DNA from: Leptospira sp.
GTDB lineage: Bacteria > Spirochaetota > Leptospiria > Leptospirales > Leptospiraceae
Assembly: GCA_009991425.1 (NCBI GenBank)
Contig: JAACWH010000033.1
Coordinates: forward strand, 302-64,301
Length of the DNA: 64,000 nucleotides
Reading direction: 5' to 3'
Shown: positions 60,796 to 64,000 of the stretch, one piece after another
Position numbering within the stretch: position 1 is the first letter of the stretch
How the letters are laid out: every line of letters begins with the position of its first letter
Notes under the pieces: model-generated
The model's input: only the letters and a program-made list of their open reading frames with translations
Told to the model about the DNA's origin: nothing
The model's database searches: none
Made by a program: the position numbers and the translations under genes

Positions 60796-62817
60796 TTGCC
60801 ATCTTTTGCAACCATTGTAAAGTCCTACGACAAACAAGCTAGTTGGGGTGGGATGATTGGAATCGGAAATAACACTACTAACATGGCTGTTTCCTTCTCG
60901 CAAAGAGGAGATACTTCCATTTCAGGATCACTTGGAAGCAAGGACAAACCCGCACAGCTCTCATTCAGCCATACAACCAATGGATCAACTACTATAGGAG
61001 TGAACTACAACCAAGGTCTAGGAGATAGAAATGGTCTTAACATTGGAGCTAACTACGATCTAACCAGAGGTGAGACAAGTGGAACAGTTGGTTTCACGGA
61101 TAGAGAATCAGGACTCGGAATCAATGCAAATATAAATAGGAATGGGCTCTCTACCTCAGTTCAGTATCTAGGAACTAACCTAGGAACCATGACAGCCAAT
61201 GGATACCAAGCCAATGAGATCAATTGGATGGAACAAAATATCAATGCTGCTCAGGACAAGCAACAGAACTACGAAAACAAACGCGAAAAAGAAATAGGCA
61301 TGAAACTCTTAGGCAAATCAGAAGCAGAGTATGATGCCATGACACCTGAAGAGAAAGAAAAAGCTTTTGACGAACTCAAGCCAAACGCTGGAACCAAAGA
61401 GCAAGGCAATATAGCAGCAGATACATCTAGAAAGAGCTTTGCTGAACAATTCTTCGGAGGTGTAACTGACTCATTCCGTAACTCCATCAGCATAGCTATG
61501 GGAAGCACCGACTTCTCCTCTACAACAGTAGAATTCAAAGATGGCAAAGTTCATGTAAGAACTTGCTTTACGGCAGGGACAAAGATCCATACAGAAACGG
61601 GACTCAAGGTCATAGAAGACATCCAAATTGGGGATGTGGTTCTATCCTGGAATGAAGAGACTGGGGAGAATAGCTTTCATAAAGTAGTAAAAACTTTTCA
61701 AAGGGAAGTAAGTTCAACCAAAGTAGTGCTATATAATGATGGTTCTAGTATTGAAACAACAGATGAACATCCATTTTACATAAAAAACAAAGGGTGGGTC
61801 TCTGCTTCTAATTTAGTAGAAGGTGATCTTTCTGTTCTTTCCAATAACAACTACATAAAAATTATTTCTGTAACTGATAAAGAAAATATAGTAACTGTAT
61901 ACAACTTTGAAGTAGAGACAAGTCACATCTACTTCGTAGGCGAACAAGGAATATTGGTTCATAATGAGTGTATATTCCCTAATATAGAAAGTCCGCATAT
62001 AGCGAAACTTAAAGCTTTGGAAGACAAGTTTCTATTTGTAAAAGATCAAATATCAGGATTAAAGCTTGAATTACTAAACATAGATGGTGATTACGAAGCA
62101 AAGCTAAGAAGAATGGAAGATATATTAACTAGCACAGGACTTAAATCTAAACTTTCTCCTGAAGAAATGCATACTTTAATGGAAGAAGTTACTTATAGAA
62201 AATCTTATCTAAAAAATTTAAATATTAACCCAAAAGAAATAAAGAAAGTAGAATATAATGGTGGTGGTGAATTTGATACTTACATACTAAATGATGGAAC
62301 CGATGTTCATGTAAACCGAATCAATGGAGTTGGAAATGGAATTGATGATGTGATTTCTCCAATTGATTTATTTGTTCCGTCAAAACTTCTTCCATTAAAA
62401 GCAGTAGGAAGCTCAGCAAATTCTGGTCTTTTAAGTGTATTTAAAATTGGAAAAACCTTTTCGGTTGTGCCTCAAAATCTGCAAAAAAATGCCGCTAAGA
62501 CGGGACTTACAAATCCACAGTTAGTTCAGAAGTCAGCAACCTTAGCAGAAAGGGCGATTGGAGGACAAGGACCAGTTGCAGGAATAGCAAAGCACAAATA
62601 TGCAAATCAATTATTAGACCGTTATCAAAAAATATATGGACATAAGGGGCATCATTCATTTAATAATGGTGTAGGAAATAGAGGTATTTTAGATGTTCTT
62701 GATAGAACTAATAGAATTATTTATGATTTTAAATTTGGTAAAGCAGTGATGAGTCCTGCACAGTACAATAAATATTATAATAATTTTGGATTACCAATAC
62801 AAATAATTAGACCTTAA
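60796..62817 (+). CDS. Polymorphic-toxin C-terminal cassette: beta-rich region + Hint/bacterial-intein-like domain + PD-(D/E)xK-like nuclease toxin tip
   Basis: The Hint domain (61564-61965) runs from 'CFTAGTKIHTETG' to 'GILVHN'. The C-terminal tip is 'GIAKHKYANQLL...GILDVLDRTNRIIYDFKFGK'. The only possible start is a TTG with no Shine-Dalgarno, and there is no signal or trafficking domain. Confidence 0.75.
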   Translation: MPSFATIVKSYDKQASWGGMIGIGNNTTNMAVSFSQRGDTSISGSLGSKDKPAQLSFSHTTNGSTTIGVNYNQGLGDRNGLNIGANYDLTRGETSGTVGFTDRESGLGINANINRNGLSTSVQYLGTNLGTMTANGYQANEINWMEQNINAAQDKQQNYENKREKEIGMKLLGKSEAEYDAMTPEEKEKAFDELKPNAGTKEQGNIAADTSRKSFAEQFFGGVTDSFRNSISIAMGSTDFSSTTVEFKDGKVHVRTCFTAGTKIHTETGLKVIEDIQIGDVVLSWNEETGENSFHKVVKTFQREVSSTKVVLYNDGSSIETTDEHPFYIKNKGWVSASNLVEGDLSVLSNNNYIKIISVTDKENIVTVYNFEVETSHIYFVGEQGILVHNECIFPNIESPHIAKLKALEDKFLFVKDQISGLKLELLNIDGDYEAKLRRMEDILTSTGLKSKLSPEEMHTLMEEVTYRKSYLKNLNINPKEIKKVEYNGGGEFDTYILNDGTDVHVNRINGVGNGIDDVISPIDLFVPSKLLPLKAVGSSANSGLLSVFKIGKTFSVVPQNLQKNAAKTGLTNPQLVQKSATLAERAIGGQGPVAGIAKHKYANQLLDRYQKIYGHKGHHSFNNGVGNRGILDVLDRTNRIIYDFKFGKAVMSPAQYNKYYNNFGLPIQIIRP

Positions 62818-62819
62818 TC

Positions 62820-63056
62820 ATGTCTGAGAATATTAAAGAGATAAAAAAGAGAATTAATGAGGCATGGTTAAATTCAGTTCCTCAGCTTTCAGCATTTGCA
62901 CCGAATAAGCTTTACAGAGTAGTCGGTTGTTCCATCATTGGAGTAGAATTAATTAATCTACCACACTCAAAAGAATATCGCCCACATTTTGTATGCTATC
63001 CATTATGGCAAGACGATGTAAAAAAAGAGCTAGACTCAAAAGCCGTTAGGAATTGA
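62820..63056 (+). CDS. Putative cognate immunity protein (possibly 3'-truncated)
   Basis: 78-aa ORF starting 2 nt after the toxin stop, the position typical of an immunity gene. It has no recognisable motif. It ends about 60 nt before the transposase ATG. Confidence 0.45.
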   Translation: MSENIKEIKKRINEAWLNSVPQLSAFAPNKLYRVVGCSIIGVELINLPHSKEYRPHFVCYPLWQDDVKKELDSKAVRN

Positions 63057-64000
63057 AAAAAGCGGAACCCGTCCATAATATAGTTTTGGACAACAAAATC
63101 ATAAAGGGGTTCCACCAATGAAAAATCAAAACAAAACCACATCCAATAGTCAATCGAATATTGCTAGTTTTCGATCTTTTTTAAAATCAGACATAGAAAC
63201 TGAAATTCGAAAAAGGTCTTTAGAGTTTATTCAAGAGATCATGGAAGAGGAAATCGAAGCCCTATGTGGGAAAAAATTTAGCCGTAAAGTAGAAGAAAGC
63301 CTAGCATATCGGGCAGGTTCAGAGAATGTTTTTGTTCCAATATTGGGTCAGAAACATAAAATCAAAAAACCAAGAGTCAGAAAATCTGGACAAGAAGTTT
63401 TACTAGAAAGCTATGCAAATTTAAAATCCGAAGCAGATCTTGGAGAAATTGTTTTCAAACTGATGGTATCTGGTCTAACGACACGGCGATTTAGAGAATG
63501 CTTGAAAGATGTATCTGAGCAACTTGGAGTTTCAAAATCAAAGATATCCAGAGAATTTGTAAATGCTTCTAGAGCACATTTTAACAAAATGAATACGAGA
63601 AAATTTCCAGGCAAAGAATTCTTTTCAATTTTCATTGATGGTATCCATGTAGCGGATGAAGTAATCGTTGTTGTATTAGGTGTAGATAAAGAAGGACACA
63701 AGCATTTTTTATCGGTGGTACAAGGCTCAAGTGAACATTCTGAAATAGTATTATCTGCTTTAAGGAAACTACAAGATCGTGAAATTTCACTTACTGAACG
63801 GGTTTTGATTGTATCAGATGGATCTAAAGGAATTGAGAAAGGCATTAAACAATACTTTGGTGAAAATTATGATCACCAAAGATGCATTTTACATAAAATG
63901 AGAAATATTAAAGCGTGCTTGCCCAAAGAATATCATGATGAATTTCAAATTCAATATAAAGCAATTTTCAATTTGAACGAATACTCAAAGGCTAAAGAAT
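63057..64000 (+). mobile_element. Partial IS256-family insertion sequence (left boundary not resolved)
   Basis: The transposase gene is as described above. I could not identify the terminal inverted repeat because the right end is outside the window. Confidence 0.6.
63118..64000 (+). CDS. IS256-family (mutator-type) transposase, 3' end outside the window
   Basis: Hand translation from the ATG at 63118: 'MKNQNKTTSN...IEALCGKKFSRK...FIDGIHVADEVIVVVLGVDKEGHKHFLS...LIVSDGSKGIEKGI...QRCILHKMRNI', which matches IS256-type transposase architecture. The frame is open to position 64000. Confidence 0.85.
   Translation, partial: MKNQNKTTSNSQSNIASFRSFLKSDIETEIRKRSLEFIQEIMEEEIEALCGKKFSRKVEESLAYRAGSENVFVPILGQKHKIKKPRVRKSGQEVLLESYANLKSEADLGEIVFKLMVSGLTTRRFRECLKDVSEQLGVSKSKISREFVNASRAHFNKMNTRKFPGKEFFSIFIDGIHVADEVIVVVLGVDKEGHKHFLSVVQGSSEHSEIVLSALRKLQDREISLTERVLIVSDGSKGIEKGIKQYFGENYDHQRCILHKMRNIKACLPKEYHDEFQIQYKAIFNLNEYSKAKE

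Noticed and set aside
61564-61971. Whether the Hint domain is a true splicing intein or a homing element
   Set aside because: It starts with Cys and ends with His-Asn, but the +1 residue is Glu rather than Cys, Ser or Thr. There is no endonuclease insert, and the flanks are not halves of a recognisable host protein. It fits a pretoxin-Hint/bacterial intein-like autoprocessing domain instead.

Overview
AT-rich bacterial chromosomal window. By inference it comes from a spirochete of the Leptospira type. This rests on many spirochaetal-style lipoboxes (for example 'LFSTVNC', 'AFATSC', 'AMAISC'), an OmpL-like porin, many PP2C/HDOD-type signalling proteins and the overall gene content. No database search was possible. 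I can support about 65 protein-coding genes and one tRNA-Gln(UUG). I saw no rRNA and no CRISPR array.

Positions 1-55,300 are mostly core genes:
- An acyl-CoA metabolism cluster: acyl-CoA synthetase, crotonase, TetR and fused isobutyryl-CoA mutase IcmF.
- A persulfide-dioxygenase-like MBL hydrolase with a TauE exporter.
- An ammonium transporter fused to a PP2C phosphatase.
- The conserved ispE-tRNAGln-glmU-prs-ctc-pth-ftsH block.
- A porin/lipoprotein operon and a secA operon.
- A 1232-aa repeat-rich surface lipoprotein.

Positions 55,300-64,000 look accessory:
- A MarR/DUF1398/TetR/hydrolase cassette bracketed by two roughly 111-nt direct repeats.
- Gene debris.
- A start-less polymorphic-toxin cassette (Hint/BIL domain plus a PD-(D/E)xK-like C-terminus) with a small putative immunity ORF.
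- An IS256-family transposase that runs off the window end.

I cannot show that the window contains a truly undescribed system. The best candidates are the orphan toxin/immunity/IS patch, the Amt-PP2C sensor fusion, the metallophosphoesterase with twin zinc-ribbon proteins, and the stand-alone FAS-I-type acyltransferase next to a WYL regulator. All function calls come from motifs I recognised in the supplied translations, not from searches.
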